The notes below the pieces were generated by a model, which ran no database searches, had not been told where the DNA came from, and worked only from the letters and a program-made list of their open reading frames with translations. A stretch of 35,545 nucleotides of DNA from an uncultured Gammaproteobacteria bacterium (GTDB taxonomy: Bacteria; Patescibacteriota; Patescibacteriia; JACRDY01), in NCBI GenBank assembly GCA_964523165.1, contig CAZFXZ010000002.1, positions 1 through 35,545 on the forward strand, read 5' to 3'. The position numbers and the translations under genes were made by a program. Positions within the stretch are counted from its first letter, which is position 1. Each line of letters begins with the position of its first letter. Positions 11,909-20,365 of this stretch are shown one piece after another.

Positions 11909-12889
11909 TTACAAGCTGGTGTTGTTAAATTTTAAACCGGCTAGTAAAGGAATGACTCGAGCTTGATTGCGCAATTGTTCAACATAACTATCAAAAGTGT
12001 TGAAGCTGATCAAAACATGGCTGGCTTTGACTTGAGCTGGCTGATCACCCTCGGCGGCTTTTTTGTCAGTGACTAAAATAACATGATAACCAAATTCTGT
12101 TTTGACGACTGCGCTGACCTGACCAACCTCCAAAGCAAAGGCGGCCTTTTCAAAAGCCGGCACCATCGTCCCAGCACTAAAAAATCCCAAATCGCCGCCG
12201 GTTAATTTGGTAGCGGTGTCATCCGAATATTGACTTACCAACTCGGCAAAATCAACTTCTTTGTTGGCAGCTTGTTGTTGAATTTTTTGGGCTAGGGCCA
12301 ATTTATCAGCCTGGACGTCGGGATCAACAGCCACAATGGCGTTAAGACGATCGACCAAAAGTTGTTGGCTCAACACTCGTTCTTTGTATTGATCAACCGT
12401 CCAACCAAAAAATGATTTCACTTGATCGGCGGCTTGTTGCTCGTCACCATAAGTCCGGACCGGACCGTTTTGCCACATAACTTCTAGCTCGATCGGCGTC
12501 AAACGCAAACCATAATGATCGGCCAAATTAAACAACAATTTTTCATTGATAAGTTGATCAAAGGCATTGCTGGTTAATTTTTCAGGGCTGGAAGTTTGCT
12601 GATTGGCTTCATCAATTTTTTGTAAAATTTCTTTTTCGACCGTCAAATCCTGATAAGTCACAAATGAACCATCAACCAAGGCCACCGGTAAAAAGGATTG
12701 TTCTAGCAAATGATCCAAAAAAGGCAGGCGCCCCGGCAAGCGATAAGCCACGACCAGACTAGCCAATATGATGATCACGGCTACTATTATCAACCATCGC
12801 CCTTTTAGGCGTGATTTTTTAACGGGTAGCATTTCACTGGCTGTTGTTTCTTCGATCTCCGGACTGGACGGCAAAATTGTTTCTGACAT
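11909..12889 (-). CDS. Membrane-anchored parvulin-type peptidyl-prolyl isomerase (PrsA/SurA-like)
   Basis: It has an N-terminal TM helix (WLIIVAVIIILASLVVAY). The C-terminal PpiC domain reads GGDLGFFSAGTMVPAFEKAAFALEVGQVSAVVKTEFGYHVILV. Confidence 0.8.
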   Translation of the reverse strand: MSETILPSSPEIEETTASEMLPVKKSRLKGRWLIIVAVIIILASLVVAYRLPGRLPFLDHLLEQSFLPVALVDGSFVTYQDLTVEKEILQKIDEANQQTSSPEKLTSNAFDQLINEKLLFNLADHYGLRLTPIELEVMWQNGPVRTYGDEQQAADQVKSFFGWTVDQYKERVLSQQLLVDRLNAIVAVDPDVQADKLALAQKIQQQAANKEVDFAELVSQYSDDTATKLTGGDLGFFSAGTMVPAFEKAAFALEVGQVSAVVKTEFGYHVILVTDKKAAEGDQPAQVKASHVLISFNTFDSYVEQLRNQARVIPLLAGLKFNNTSL

Positions 12890-12913
12890 GTTTAAAAAGA
12901 TTATGAATCTTAT

Positions 12914-13297
12914 CTATGATTGAGAGTTAAAAAAATAAAACCACCATTTGAGCGGATTGGATTGCCCGACGTTATTATCGACCTTTGAAGCCGGATCGTC
13001 TTGATCGGTAATCACCACCACCTCTTCACCCGGTTTTTTCAAACCTAGCTTGAGACGCGCTTCTTCTTCGGTGAAGCTTTCGGTTTGCAAATAACGCAGC
13101 AATTCAGAAAATTCGGCATTTTGTTTTTCGACCGCGCCAATTTCATTTTGCAGTCGACTGATTTCCGAGTTTAAGTAGTGCTGTTGGTACAAACGCTTGG
13201 ATAGCGAGATACCGACCAACAAAACCAGCGCCGTTAAAACAAAAAAAACTAGCGCCGAAGAAGTCAAAGATTGCCATGAACGTTGCCGAAAAGTCAT
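12914..13297 (-). CDS. Septum formation initiator family protein (FtsB/DivIC-like)
   Basis: I chose the ATG at 13297 because the TGCTATACT promoter motif lies between it and the upstream stop. The protein has one TM helix followed by a coiled coil (EISRLQNEIGAVEKQNAEFSELLRYLQ) and then ARLKLGLKKPGE. Confidence 0.7.
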   Translation of the reverse strand: MTFRQRSWQSLTSSALVFFVLTALVLLVGISLSKRLYQQHYLNSEISRLQNEIGAVEKQNAEFSELLRYLQTESFTEEEARLKLGLKKPGEEVVVITDQDDPASKVDNNVGQSNPLKWWFYFFNSQS

Positions 13298-13313
13298 AAA
13301 ACTTGTCTTGGAC

Positions 13314-13322
13314 AGTATAGCA
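13314..13322 (-). promoter_or_regulatory. Extended -10 promoter element TGCTATACT
   Basis: The reverse complement of 13314..13322 is TGCTATACT, 16 nt upstream of the ATG at 13297. The identical 9-mer occurs at 20331..20339. Confidence 0.4.
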
Positions 13323-13331
13323 AAAAATCCC

Positions 13332-13952
13332 CTACTCGACAATTGACTCATCTTCTAAAATTGGTTTGAGTAAATTGATGAATTTTTCACGGCCCAGCTC
13401 TTGTTTTATATTACGCAACATGTTTTGTAATTCTTCCACGCTGTTAATAACTGGCGAAGCTGGCTGATGTCCGGCTGAGGACAAAATCACTTGGACGACC
13501 GCCTCGGCGCGCCGCACACCGGCGAAATGCAAACGTTTTTGCGTCGGGATGGAAACATATGACAAGGTACTATATCCGCCAAGCGACGACCACAAACCTT
13601 TTTGACGCAAACTAATGTCGGAAATCTGATCAAAAGTCAGTGACGAAACCAAGCGGTCAAAGAGCTTTTTCTTTTTTGACAAAATCAAGCGCTGGCTGGT
13701 CACCAATAAAACCGTACCACGCCATTTGATAAAAATTTTTAACCCCCAAATTATTGACCAGGATAACAACAACCAAAAAATCAACAGACCGTAAAACGGC
13801 CAGCCAAACAAGGGGTAGAGAAAAAATATTGGTGCAAAAAACAAGACTGCCACCGCCGCAATCCGCCAAGCTTGTATTAATAAAGTCGGATGGACAACTA
13901 AAATTAAACGCTCCCCGTCTTGCAACTTCAAACCACAGACCTTCTGAGACAT
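13332..13952 (-). CDS. Membrane protein with a bacterial PH-like (YdbS/YdbT-type) domain
   Basis: Two TM helices are followed by WRGTVLLVTSQRLILSKKK...ISDISLRQKGLWSSLGGYSTL, the pattern of bPH_2 domains. Confidence 0.6.
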   Translation of the reverse strand: MSQKVCGLKLQDGERLILVVHPTLLIQAWRIAAVAVLFFAPIFFLYPLFGWPFYGLLIFWLLLSWSIIWGLKIFIKWRGTVLLVTSQRLILSKKKKLFDRLVSSLTFDQISDISLRQKGLWSSLGGYSTLSYVSIPTQKRLHFAGVRRAEAVVQVILSSAGHQPASPVINSVEELQNMLRNIKQELGREKFINLLKPILEDESIVE

Positions 13953-13992
13953 AAATATATGACTTTATGATATCAGATTAATTAGCGTCTTT

Positions 13993-14001
13993 ATTGTAAC
14001 A
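13993..14001 (-). promoter_or_regulatory. Extended -10 promoter element TGTTACAAT
   Basis: The reverse complement of 13993..14001 is TGTTACAAT, about 40 nt upstream of the ATG at 13952. Confidence 0.45.
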
Positions 14002-14029
14002 CAAAATCAAATATCAGTCTGGTGACGCG

Positions 14030-14058
14030 TTGACAAAGTTGTTATATTACTTTATCCT
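14030..14058 (+). promoter_or_regulatory. Candidate promoter for the tRNA-Lys transcript (TTGACA-N17-TATCCT; an alternative extended -10 TGTTATATT lies at 14040..14048)
   Basis: The hexamers and 17-nt spacing were read directly. Both candidate -10 elements place the transcription start upstream of the partial tRNA copy at 14073. Confidence 0.45.
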
Positions 14059-14072
14059 AGCCGATAGTTTTT

Positions 14073-14188
14073 GGGTCCGTAGCTTCCACCTACGCTTTCG
14101 CTCCCGCTCAAGCTTCGGCGGACAGGCAGTTGGTCAAAAACCATCGTCTTGCCCCTCGAAGCTTGGGTGCAAACCCAAGCGTAGATGG
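14073..14188 (+). other. Structured leader or insertion upstream of tRNA-Lys: a 12-nt duplicate of the tRNA 5' end followed by a 104-nt element bounded by imperfect 10-nt inverted repeats
   Basis: GGGTCCGTAGCT occurs at 14073..14084 and again as tRNA positions 1-12 (14189..14200). CCACCTACGC (14086..14095) pairs with GCGTAGATGG (14179..14188). Internal hairpins include GCTTGGGT-GCAA-ACCCAAGC, and CAAGCTTCG pairs with CGAAGCTTG. Confidence 0.5.
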
Positions 14189-14263
14189 GGGTCCGTAGCT
14201 CAGTGGTAGAGCGCCAGCCTTTTAAGCTGGGCGTCGAGAGTTCGATCCTCTCCGGACCCACCA
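14189..14263 (+). tRNA. tRNA-Lys (anticodon UUU), CCA encoded
   Basis: Acceptor GGGTCCG/CGGACCC, D arm GCTC-AGTGGTA-GAGC, anticodon arm CCAGC-CTTTTAA-GCTGG, T arm GAGAG-TTCGATC-CTCTC and a terminal ACCA. Confidence 0.92.
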
Positions 14264-14267
14264 AAAA

Positions 14268-14292
14268 ATACTTCCTTGCCGAGGTATTTTTT
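14268..14292 (+). terminator. Rho-independent terminator after tRNA-Lys
   Basis: The stem ATACTTC / GAGGTAT has 7 bp with one G-U pair and a 6-nt loop. It is followed by a T-run at 14287..14292. Confidence 0.6.
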
Positions 14293-14300
14293 GTTATAAT
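14292..14300 (+). promoter_or_regulatory. Extended -10 promoter TGTTATAAT for the Clp-like ATPase gene
   Basis: TGT+TATAAT lies 29 nt upstream of the ATG at 14330. Confidence 0.5.
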
Positions 14301-14329
14301 CAAAAAGCTTTATTCACGATAGATTATTT

Positions 14330-15268
14330 ATGACCGATCTGACAAATTATATTTTGCCTATCATCTCGGTAGCCATCATGTTGAGCGTGGCTTGGCATTT
14401 TCGTCGTAACATCAAAACTCCCAGCTTGGGCGGCACGCCAAATCTCATGCAACACGCCGTTGATCTGACCAAACAAGCTCAAGAAAAAAAACTTGACCCC
14501 GTCATTGGTCGTCAAGATGAGATCGAATTAGTCATTCAAATTTTGGCTCGGCGGACCAAAAACAACCCGGTCTTAGTCGGCAAGGCCGGCGTTGGCAAAA
14601 CCGCCATCGTCGAAGGTTTGGCCCAAGCTATCGTCAACAAAAAAGTGCCCAAAAGCCTAAATGGCAAAAGAGTTTTGGCCTTAGATCTGGCCGGCATTGT
14701 CGCCGGTACGAAATATCGTGGCGAGTTTGAAGAACGTTTGAAGCACATTGCCGATGAAATAGTGGCCGCCAAAAGAAACATCATTTTATTTGTTGATGAA
14801 GTCCACACCCTAGCTCAAGCCGGCGAAGCCGATGGCGGCATTGATGCTTCTGATATTTTAAAACCAGCCTTGGCGCGCGGTGAGCTACAGCTGGTCGGCG
14901 CCACAACTTTTTTGGAATATCAAAAATTCATCAAACCAGACCCGACTCTAGATCGACGTTTTGAGTCAGTCTTGGTCGACGAACCAAGCCCGGCTGAGGT
15001 TTTACAAATTTTGCAAGGTATAAAAAATAAATACGAAAGTCATCACGGCGTAAAAATTTCTTTGGAGGCCTTAAAAGAAGCCATCGCTCAAGCCAAGCAG
15101 TTTAAAGACCGCTCTTATCCCGACAAAGCTATCGACCTGATGGACGAAGCGGCGGCTAAAGTTAGTTTAGAAATCACCAGCGGTCGGACCCGGCCAGTAG
15201 TTAATAAAAGCGACGTCAAAATCGTCGCCCAAGAATGGGCCACGCGTATCAAAGCTGGGTTGTCTTAG
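14330..15268 (+). CDS. Membrane-anchored AAA+ ATPase homologous to the first nucleotide-binding domain (NBD1) of ClpA/ClpB/ClpC only
   Basis: It has an N-terminal TM helix ([17 protein letters not shown]). This is followed by [44 protein letters not shown] (Walker A), [10 protein letters not shown] (Walker B), [24 protein letters not shown] and [12 protein letters not shown]. The protein stops at 312 aa with no middle domain and no NBD2. Confidence 0.85.
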   Translation: MTDLTNYILPIISVAIMLSVAWHFRRNIKTPSLGGTPNLMQHAVDLTKQAQEKKLDPVIGRQDEIELVIQILARRTKNNPVLVGKAGVGKTAIVEGLAQAIVNKKVPKSLNGKRVLALDLAGIVAGTKYRGEFEERLKHIADEIVAAKRNIILFVDEVHTLAQAGEADGGIDASDILKPALARGELQLVGATTFLEYQKFIKPDPTLDRRFESVLVDEPSPAEVLQILQGIKNKYESHHGVKISLEALKEAIAQAKQFKDRSYPDKAIDLMDEAAAKVSLEITSGRTRPVVNKSDVKIVAQEWATRIKAGLS

Positions 15269-16335
15269 ATTACCGACAACACTTGCTGAGCTAATTTAAT
15301 ATCCGAATCTTTGGTCAATAGGGCCTGACTGATATTACGGCTCAAAGTTTGTAATTCAACATTATTAGACAAAAGTTCAGCGACGGCTTGAGCCAAGGAT
15401 TGGGCGGTCAAATTTTTTTGATCCAACAAAGCCACGGCATTGCGACGGGCAAAATAATCAGCGTTCCTTTGTTGATGACTGTCAGGTAGCGGGATGATAA
15501 TAGCTGGTTTGGCCAAGGCTGAGAGTTCCGTCAAGACACCAAAGCCGGCTCGGCTAACGACCACCGTAGCGGCGGCCAAAACGTCGGCCAAATCGGTAGT
15601 TAACAATTCAAATGGCCAATAGTTACGAGCTGGCGGCGCGAGTAAATTGCCGCCACCTGTCGAATTAACAATCAAGGCTTTGCCGGTTAAAACCGGCAAA
15701 GCCGCTACCGTGGCCTGATTGATAGCCACCGCGCCCGTACCGCCACCCAATATCAAAACGACCGGCAGTTTTTCATTAATTTTAAATTTATCATAAAAGC
15801 GTTGTGGCTGACCTGATAAAATACTAGCTCGGACGGGATTGCCGACAACCACAGTTTTAGTTTGATTAAAATATTGTGCTGATTCTGACAAGGCTAAGGT
15901 AATCTTTTTGGCCAACGGAGCAATAATTTTATTGGCCAGACTCGGGACAACATCTTGCTGATGGATGATGATAGGTATACGCAAAACAAAAGCCGCCAAA
16001 TTGACAGGCACGGCCACAAAACCACCCGCCGACACCACGACTTGGGGCTTGTACTTGAGCAGATAATACAAACTTTGTATCACTCCCCAACTGACTTTAA
16101 ATGGATCAATGAAATTTCTGAGCGAAAAATAGCGTCGCCATTTACCACTAGTGATCGGTACGAAGTAAATTTTTTGCTCTTGGATCAATGAATATTCTGG
16201 ACCTTGTTTGGTACCAAACCACAAATATTGTTTATTGGCATCAAGATTGCGTAGTTGCTCGACGACTGCCAAAAGCGGCGTGACGGATCCCAACGTCCCT
16301 CCGCCGACCAAAGCTATGAGATTATTTTTCTTCAT
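15265..16335 (-). CDS. murG: Undecaprenyldiphospho-muramoylpentapeptide beta-N-acetylglucosaminyltransferase MurG
   Basis: 356 aa with the [10 protein letters not shown] glycine loop and a C-terminal GT28 region ([26 protein letters not shown]...QQRNA). It lies in the dcw context downstream of ftsW. Confidence 0.9.
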   Translation of the reverse strand: MKKNNLIALVGGGTLGSVTPLLAVVEQLRNLDANKQYLWFGTKQGPEYSLIQEQKIYFVPITSGKWRRYFSLRNFIDPFKVSWGVIQSLYYLLKYKPQVVVSAGGFVAVPVNLAAFVLRIPIIIHQQDVVPSLANKIIAPLAKKITLALSESAQYFNQTKTVVVGNPVRASILSGQPQRFYDKFKINEKLPVVLILGGGTGAVAINQATVAALPVLTGKALIVNSTGGGNLLAPPARNYWPFELLTTDLADVLAAATVVVSRAGFGVLTELSALAKPAIIIPLPDSHQQRNADYFARRNAVALLDQKNLTAQSLAQAVAELLSNNVELQTLSRNISQALLTKDSDIKLAQQVLSVI

Positions 16336-17444
16336 GACGGTATTTTGGAGTATCGGCTAATATTTGTCAAAACCCCGACCGCCGCCAAACTCATGGTTAA
16401 AGCCGTGCCGCCAGCGCTAACAAACGGCAACGGCACACCGGTGATCGGCAACAAAGCCACCATGGCCGAAATATTGATAAAAGATTGAAAAATCAACCAA
16501 CTCACTATACCCACGACCAAAAGTTTAGCAAAACGATCAGGGGCCTGACGAGCTAATAAAATACAACGATGGGCAATGATCAGTAAAACCACGATCACCG
16601 CTGCCGAAAAAATAAAACCAATCTCTTCGGCGATGACGGCAAAAATTGAGTCGCCGGTCACTTCGGGCAAATAAGAAAATTTTTGTCGCGATTGGCCGAC
16701 ACCGACTCCCCACCAACCGCCGCTGCCAACGGCGATCAAAGCCTGATTGATATGATAGCTAATACCCAAAGGATCGCGTTCGGGATGCAAAAAGGCGGTA
16801 AAGCGCGCCAAACGATATGGCGCAATAAACACCAAAGCCACAAACAAACTAGCACCCAAACCACCCAACAAAGCTAAATGTTTTAGATGTCCACCGCTGA
16901 CGAAATAAACCACCACCGACATAACGGCAATAATCGAGAGCGTACCCAAATCCGGCTGCAATAACATCAAAAAAGAAATCAAACCCAAAGCGCTCAAAAA
17001 CGGCACAAAACCAGTCTGCCAATCTTTGATTTGATGTTCACCACGATCTGTCAACCAAGCGGCTAGATAAATTAAAAACGTCAGTTTGACAATCTCTGAG
17101 GGCTGGATAGAAAAGCCAAAAATGTTAATCCAACTGCGCGACGTACCGTAGTCGGCGGCCAAACCGGGGATAAAAACTAATGTCAACAAAACAATACTGC
17201 CAATCATCATCGGCCAGGCCAGTTTTTTTAGTTTTTGATAAGGATAATTAGCAAAGATAAAAAATAATGCCAAGCCGGGCAATAAACCTTTGATGATTTG
17301 CTGATTAAAAAAGTAATAACTGCTACCAAAACGTTGATACGAAATCGGCGCGGCCGCCGACGACAACATAGCCAAGCCAAATAACATTAAAAGTAAAATC
17401 AAAATCAGCAAAACATAATCTGGCTCGTGACGGAGGCGCGACAT
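16332..17444 (-). CDS. ftsW: SEDS-family cell division protein FtsW
   Basis: 370-aa multi-TM protein with SEDS motifs (QPSEIVKL, QPDLGT, PEVTGDSIFAVIAEEIG, PFVSAGGT). It sits between murD and murG. Confidence 0.85.
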   Translation of the reverse strand: MSRLRHEPDYVLLILILLLMLFGLAMLSSAAAPISYQRFGSSYYFFNQQIIKGLLPGLALFFIFANYPYQKLKKLAWPMMIGSIVLLTLVFIPGLAADYGTSRSWINIFGFSIQPSEIVKLTFLIYLAAWLTDRGEHQIKDWQTGFVPFLSALGLISFLMLLQPDLGTLSIIAVMSVVVYFVSGGHLKHLALLGGLGASLFVALVFIAPYRLARFTAFLHPERDPLGISYHINQALIAVGSGGWWGVGVGQSRQKFSYLPEVTGDSIFAVIAEEIGFIFSAAVIVVLLIIAHRCILLARQAPDRFAKLLVVGIVSWLIFQSFINISAMVALLPITGVPLPFVSAGGTALTMSLAAVGVLTNISRYSKIPS

Positions 17445-17446
17445 AA

Positions 17447-18847
17447 TTATGACAAATATTTCTTAACCGCCATTTTAAAGGCTGCCCCGCGCTGACGCGA
17501 GTTGACGAATTGAGCAAAGCTCGTAGCGGCTGGGGAAAACAAAACCACTTGACCGGGCTGAGCTATAATTCGAGTTTGACGCACGGCCGCTTGGACGTCA
17601 GCGACCTTAATCAACTGGCGATAGTTTTTTTGTTGCAACAATTTCTCCAATTTCAAACTGGCACTACCCGGCAATAACAAGACTTTGGCACAATATTTTA
17701 TGATTGGACCAAGCAATGTTTTGTAATCTAATTTTTTGTCAGCCCCACCGACGATCAAAATCACCGTCTCGTTACCCAAAGCTAGGGCCGCCAAACCGGC
17801 CGCAGTTGCTTCGGGCGTGGTCGCAGCCGTGTCGTTGTAATAAGCAATATTATTTTTTTGTTTGACCAACTCGAGACGGCCCGGCACACCAGCAAAATTT
17901 TTGACCGCTTGACGAATGGCCGTCACCGGCAAACCATAGGCCAAAGCCGTCGTGACAGCCGCCAAGACATTAGCCAAATTGTGTTGGCCGGGTAAAATAA
18001 TATCTGTGATTTTTAAAATCTTTTTTTCTTGGCCATTATAACGATAGATGATCTGGCCACCGGCCACAAAACAACCGTTTTCTTGAGGAAATTTTTTGGT
18101 CGAAAACCAAAAACGCTGGGCTGAAACTTTGGCCCCGATTTTTTTGGTCGTCGGATTGTCGCGGTTGACAACAGCTATGTCACCGGGCGATTGAAAATTA
18201 AAAATCACTTCTTTGGCCGCTTGATAGTTGGCTAAGGTTTTGTGGCGATCCAAATGATCAGCATAAATATTAGTCAACACTGCCACGTGAGGACTCAGTT
18301 TTTGCTTAGCCAAACCTTGGAGTTGCCAACTTGATAATTCCAAAATTATTTCCTCAAATTTATTAGCCGAGGGCAAAAAAGCCAAAGGTGATTTGCCGAC
18401 ATTACCCCCCACGGCCGAACGTCGGCCGGCTTGTTTAAAAATTTGTCCGAGCAAAGTTGTGGTCGTGGTTTTGCCTCGCGTACCTGTCACGCCAATAATC
18501 GGTTTGGGACATTGCCAAAAAAATAATGCTATGTCGGTTTGGATCGGCCGGCCGGCTTTTTGAGCGGCTTGTAAATAAGGCGAATTATCGGCCACGGCTG
18601 GATTTTTTATCACCAGATCTGTTTTTTGAAAATCCGTCACACGATGCCGACCCAAAATAAACTTAACCGGCAAACCTTGTAATTGGTGTAAAGCCGGGGC
18701 TAAAATTTTTTTAGAATTTAGGTCGGTGACAGTCACGATCGCTCGATTTTTTACCAACCATTTGACCACCTCGACTCCCCCGCCCTGCAAGCCCAGCCCC
18801 ATGACTAAAACTTTTTTACCGGCTATGTCGAACTGTAAATGCTTCAT
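17447..18847 (-). CDS. murD: UDP-N-acetylmuramoylalanine--D-glutamate ligase MurD
   Basis: It has an N-terminal Rossmann motif VMGLGLQGGG, a P-loop GVTGTRGKTTTT and the Mur ligase middle and C-terminal domains. It lies in the dcw context. Confidence 0.9.
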   Translation of the reverse strand: MKHLQFDIAGKKVLVMGLGLQGGGVEVVKWLVKNRAIVTVTDLNSKKILAPALHQLQGLPVKFILGRHRVTDFQKTDLVIKNPAVADNSPYLQAAQKAGRPIQTDIALFFWQCPKPIIGVTGTRGKTTTTTLLGQIFKQAGRRSAVGGNVGKSPLAFLPSANKFEEIILELSSWQLQGLAKQKLSPHVAVLTNIYADHLDRHKTLANYQAAKEVIFNFQSPGDIAVVNRDNPTTKKIGAKVSAQRFWFSTKKFPQENGCFVAGGQIIYRYNGQEKKILKITDIILPGQHNLANVLAAVTTALAYGLPVTAIRQAVKNFAGVPGRLELVKQKNNIAYYNDTAATTPEATAAGLAALALGNETVILIVGGADKKLDYKTLLGPIIKYCAKVLLLPGSASLKLEKLLQQKNYRQLIKVADVQAAVRQTRIIAQPGQVVLFSPAATSFAQFVNSRQRGAAFKMAVKKYLS

Positions 18848-19923
18848 GACAGCAAAGCAAAATATTTATCGATCAAAAACACGATCAAACCCAAACCGCT
18901 ACACACTCCCGAAATCAACCAAAAGCGCATCGTAACTTTGTAGGGCGGCCAACCCTTAGCTTCAAAATGATGATGGATCGGCGAGATCAAAAACACCTTG
19001 CGATGCCAAAATCTCTTGGCCAACAGTTGAATAACATTAGAAGCTATTTCGGCAATCAAGACAAAAGCGATAAGGGGAAAAATAAAAACTGTGTCAGTCA
19101 AAAAAACCATGACGGCTAAAGTCGTAGTCAAACCCAAAGCGCCAGTTTCGGACAAATAAAATCTGGCCGGTGGGATGTTGTACCACAAAAAAGCCGTCAG
19201 CGTCCCAACAATGGCTGCGGCAAAAATCGCCAAATCATATTGACCTTGGATAAAAGCAATAACAGCGTAACTGGCAAAAATAGTGCTAAAAACTCCGCCG
19301 GCTAAACCATCTAAACCATCAATGATACTGCCAGAAAAACTGACCAACATCACGCCGACAAACAACGGTACATACCACAAGCCCAAGATTAATTCCCCCC
19401 AAAACGGTAAATGAATGGTATCCCAACCTAATTTGCCAAAAAACCACCAAGCGCCGACCAAACCAATGATGGCCACAGCCACGGCCCGATGGCGAAAACG
19501 TATCCCACCACCTTTTTTGGTGTCACCATAGTTTTTTATCACTAGCAAATCATCAAACAAGCCCAAAAGTGAAGCGGCGATAAGCGTAAAAATCGGAATC
19601 CAGGTTTGAGACCGAGAAATAAAGTTTAATTCTTCAACAATTTCTACATCAAACAAAAAATCTAAAAACCAAAAGACCAGCGCCAAGCCGCCGACTGTGA
19701 CCCAGATCAACAATCCACCCAAACGTGGCGTACTGGTTTCACGATCTTTATGTAAAGCATTAAACAAGGGCGTGCCGGTGCCATCAGGGGCCACCGTCCG
19801 AGCTGATTTTTTCCAACACTTATGTCGATACAAAAAATGCGTCAGGAGCGGAGCCCAAAAAAACGCCACAAAAAAAGCGGCGGTCGGTACAATAGCCAAA
19901 GCGATGATAGTCGTCAGGGTCAT
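18844..19923 (-). CDS. mraY: Phospho-N-acetylmuramoyl-pentapeptide-transferase MraY
   Basis: 359 aa with 10 TM helices. Motifs include TPRLGGL, LGLFDDLL, DGLDGLAGG and a C-terminal PIHHHFE. Confidence 0.92.
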   Translation of the reverse strand: MTLTTIIALAIVPTAAFFVAFFWAPLLTHFLYRHKCWKKSARTVAPDGTGTPLFNALHKDRETSTPRLGGLLIWVTVGGLALVFWFLDFLFDVEIVEELNFISRSQTWIPIFTLIAASLLGLFDDLLVIKNYGDTKKGGGIRFRHRAVAVAIIGLVGAWWFFGKLGWDTIHLPFWGELILGLWYVPLFVGVMLVSFSGSIIDGLDGLAGGVFSTIFASYAVIAFIQGQYDLAIFAAAIVGTLTAFLWYNIPPARFYLSETGALGLTTTLAVMVFLTDTVFIFPLIAFVLIAEIASNVIQLLAKRFWHRKVFLISPIHHHFEAKGWPPYKVTMRFWLISGVCSGLGLIVFLIDKYFALLS

Positions 19924-20318
19924 AAAATTTGATTCATAATAATAACAGCCAAGCCGGACAACAACAGTAATATTTCCAAAACCGTCGTCACGCCAATCAG
20001 TAAAATGCTGACAAAGCGATAATTAATATAAAAGAAAAAGGCCAAGAATCCATTGATTAAAAAAAGGAACGATCCGACAATCGGCAAAACATACAAACGC
20101 GGCCAAGTATCAATCAAGTTGATGCCAAAATAAACATCATAATGCAAGATGACGGTTTGGTCGGGACGACCGATGATCAAAGCCAAGCCCACATAAACTG
20201 CGACGTTGGCGGCTAAACCCAGCAAACCCCAGAGGACAAGATTGCGATCTTGGACTAAAATCGTCCGCGTCCTTTGCCAAATATTGGCCAAACCAACATT
20301 GATTCTTTCGATCAACAT
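19920..20318 (-). CDS. Hypothetical 4-TM membrane protein, translationally coupled to mraY
   Basis: 132-aa hydrophobic ORF. Its stop overlaps the mraY start by 4 nt and a TGCTATACT promoter motif lies upstream. Confidence 0.6.
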   Translation of the reverse strand: MLIERINVGLANIWQRTRTILVQDRNLVLWGLLGLAANVAVYVGLALIIGRPDQTVILHYDVYFGINLIDTWPRLYVLPIVGSFLFLINGFLAFFFYINYRFVSILLIGVTTVLEILLLLSGLAVIIMNQIL

Positions 20319-20330
20319 AAATGTTTTAGT

Positions 20331-20339
20331 AGTATAGCA
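20331..20339 (-). promoter_or_regulatory. Extended -10 promoter element TGCTATACT (likely promoter of the mraY-murD-ftsW-murG operon)
   Basis: The reverse complement of 20331..20339 is TGCTATACT, 12 nt upstream of the ATG at 20318. Confidence 0.4.
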
Positions 20340-20365
20340 AAACCAATCCAGCCAAGCAAAAAAAT

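Noticed and set aside
11747-11935. 62-aa plus-strand ORF
   Set aside because: It is a translation across the tRNA-Gly 3' end and the whole of tRNA-Thr (LAQLVEQSLRKGEVVGSIPTGG), not a protein gene.
14085-14188. Possibility that the structured element upstream of tRNA-Lys is an SRP (4.5S) RNA or a known self-cleaving ribozyme
   Set aside because: Neither strand shows the conserved SRP helix-8 features (GNAR loop flanked by an AGCA/GGA-type symmetric loop). I also saw no hammerhead CUGAUGA...GAAA core. This is left as an unclassified structure in the findings.
14052-14303. 83-aa minus-strand ORF
   Set aside because: It is the antisense shadow of tRNA-Lys and its structured leader (ERIELSTPSLKGWRSTTEL is the classic tRNA-antisense translation).
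14330-15268. Clp-like gene as a simple pseudogene fragment of clpC
   Set aside because: Both ends look engineered rather than broken. The gene has its own promoter, an ATG followed by a TM helix replacing Clp_N, intact Walker A/B and arginine-finger motifs, and a clean stop after the NBD1 small subdomain. Confirmation still requires comparison with relatives.
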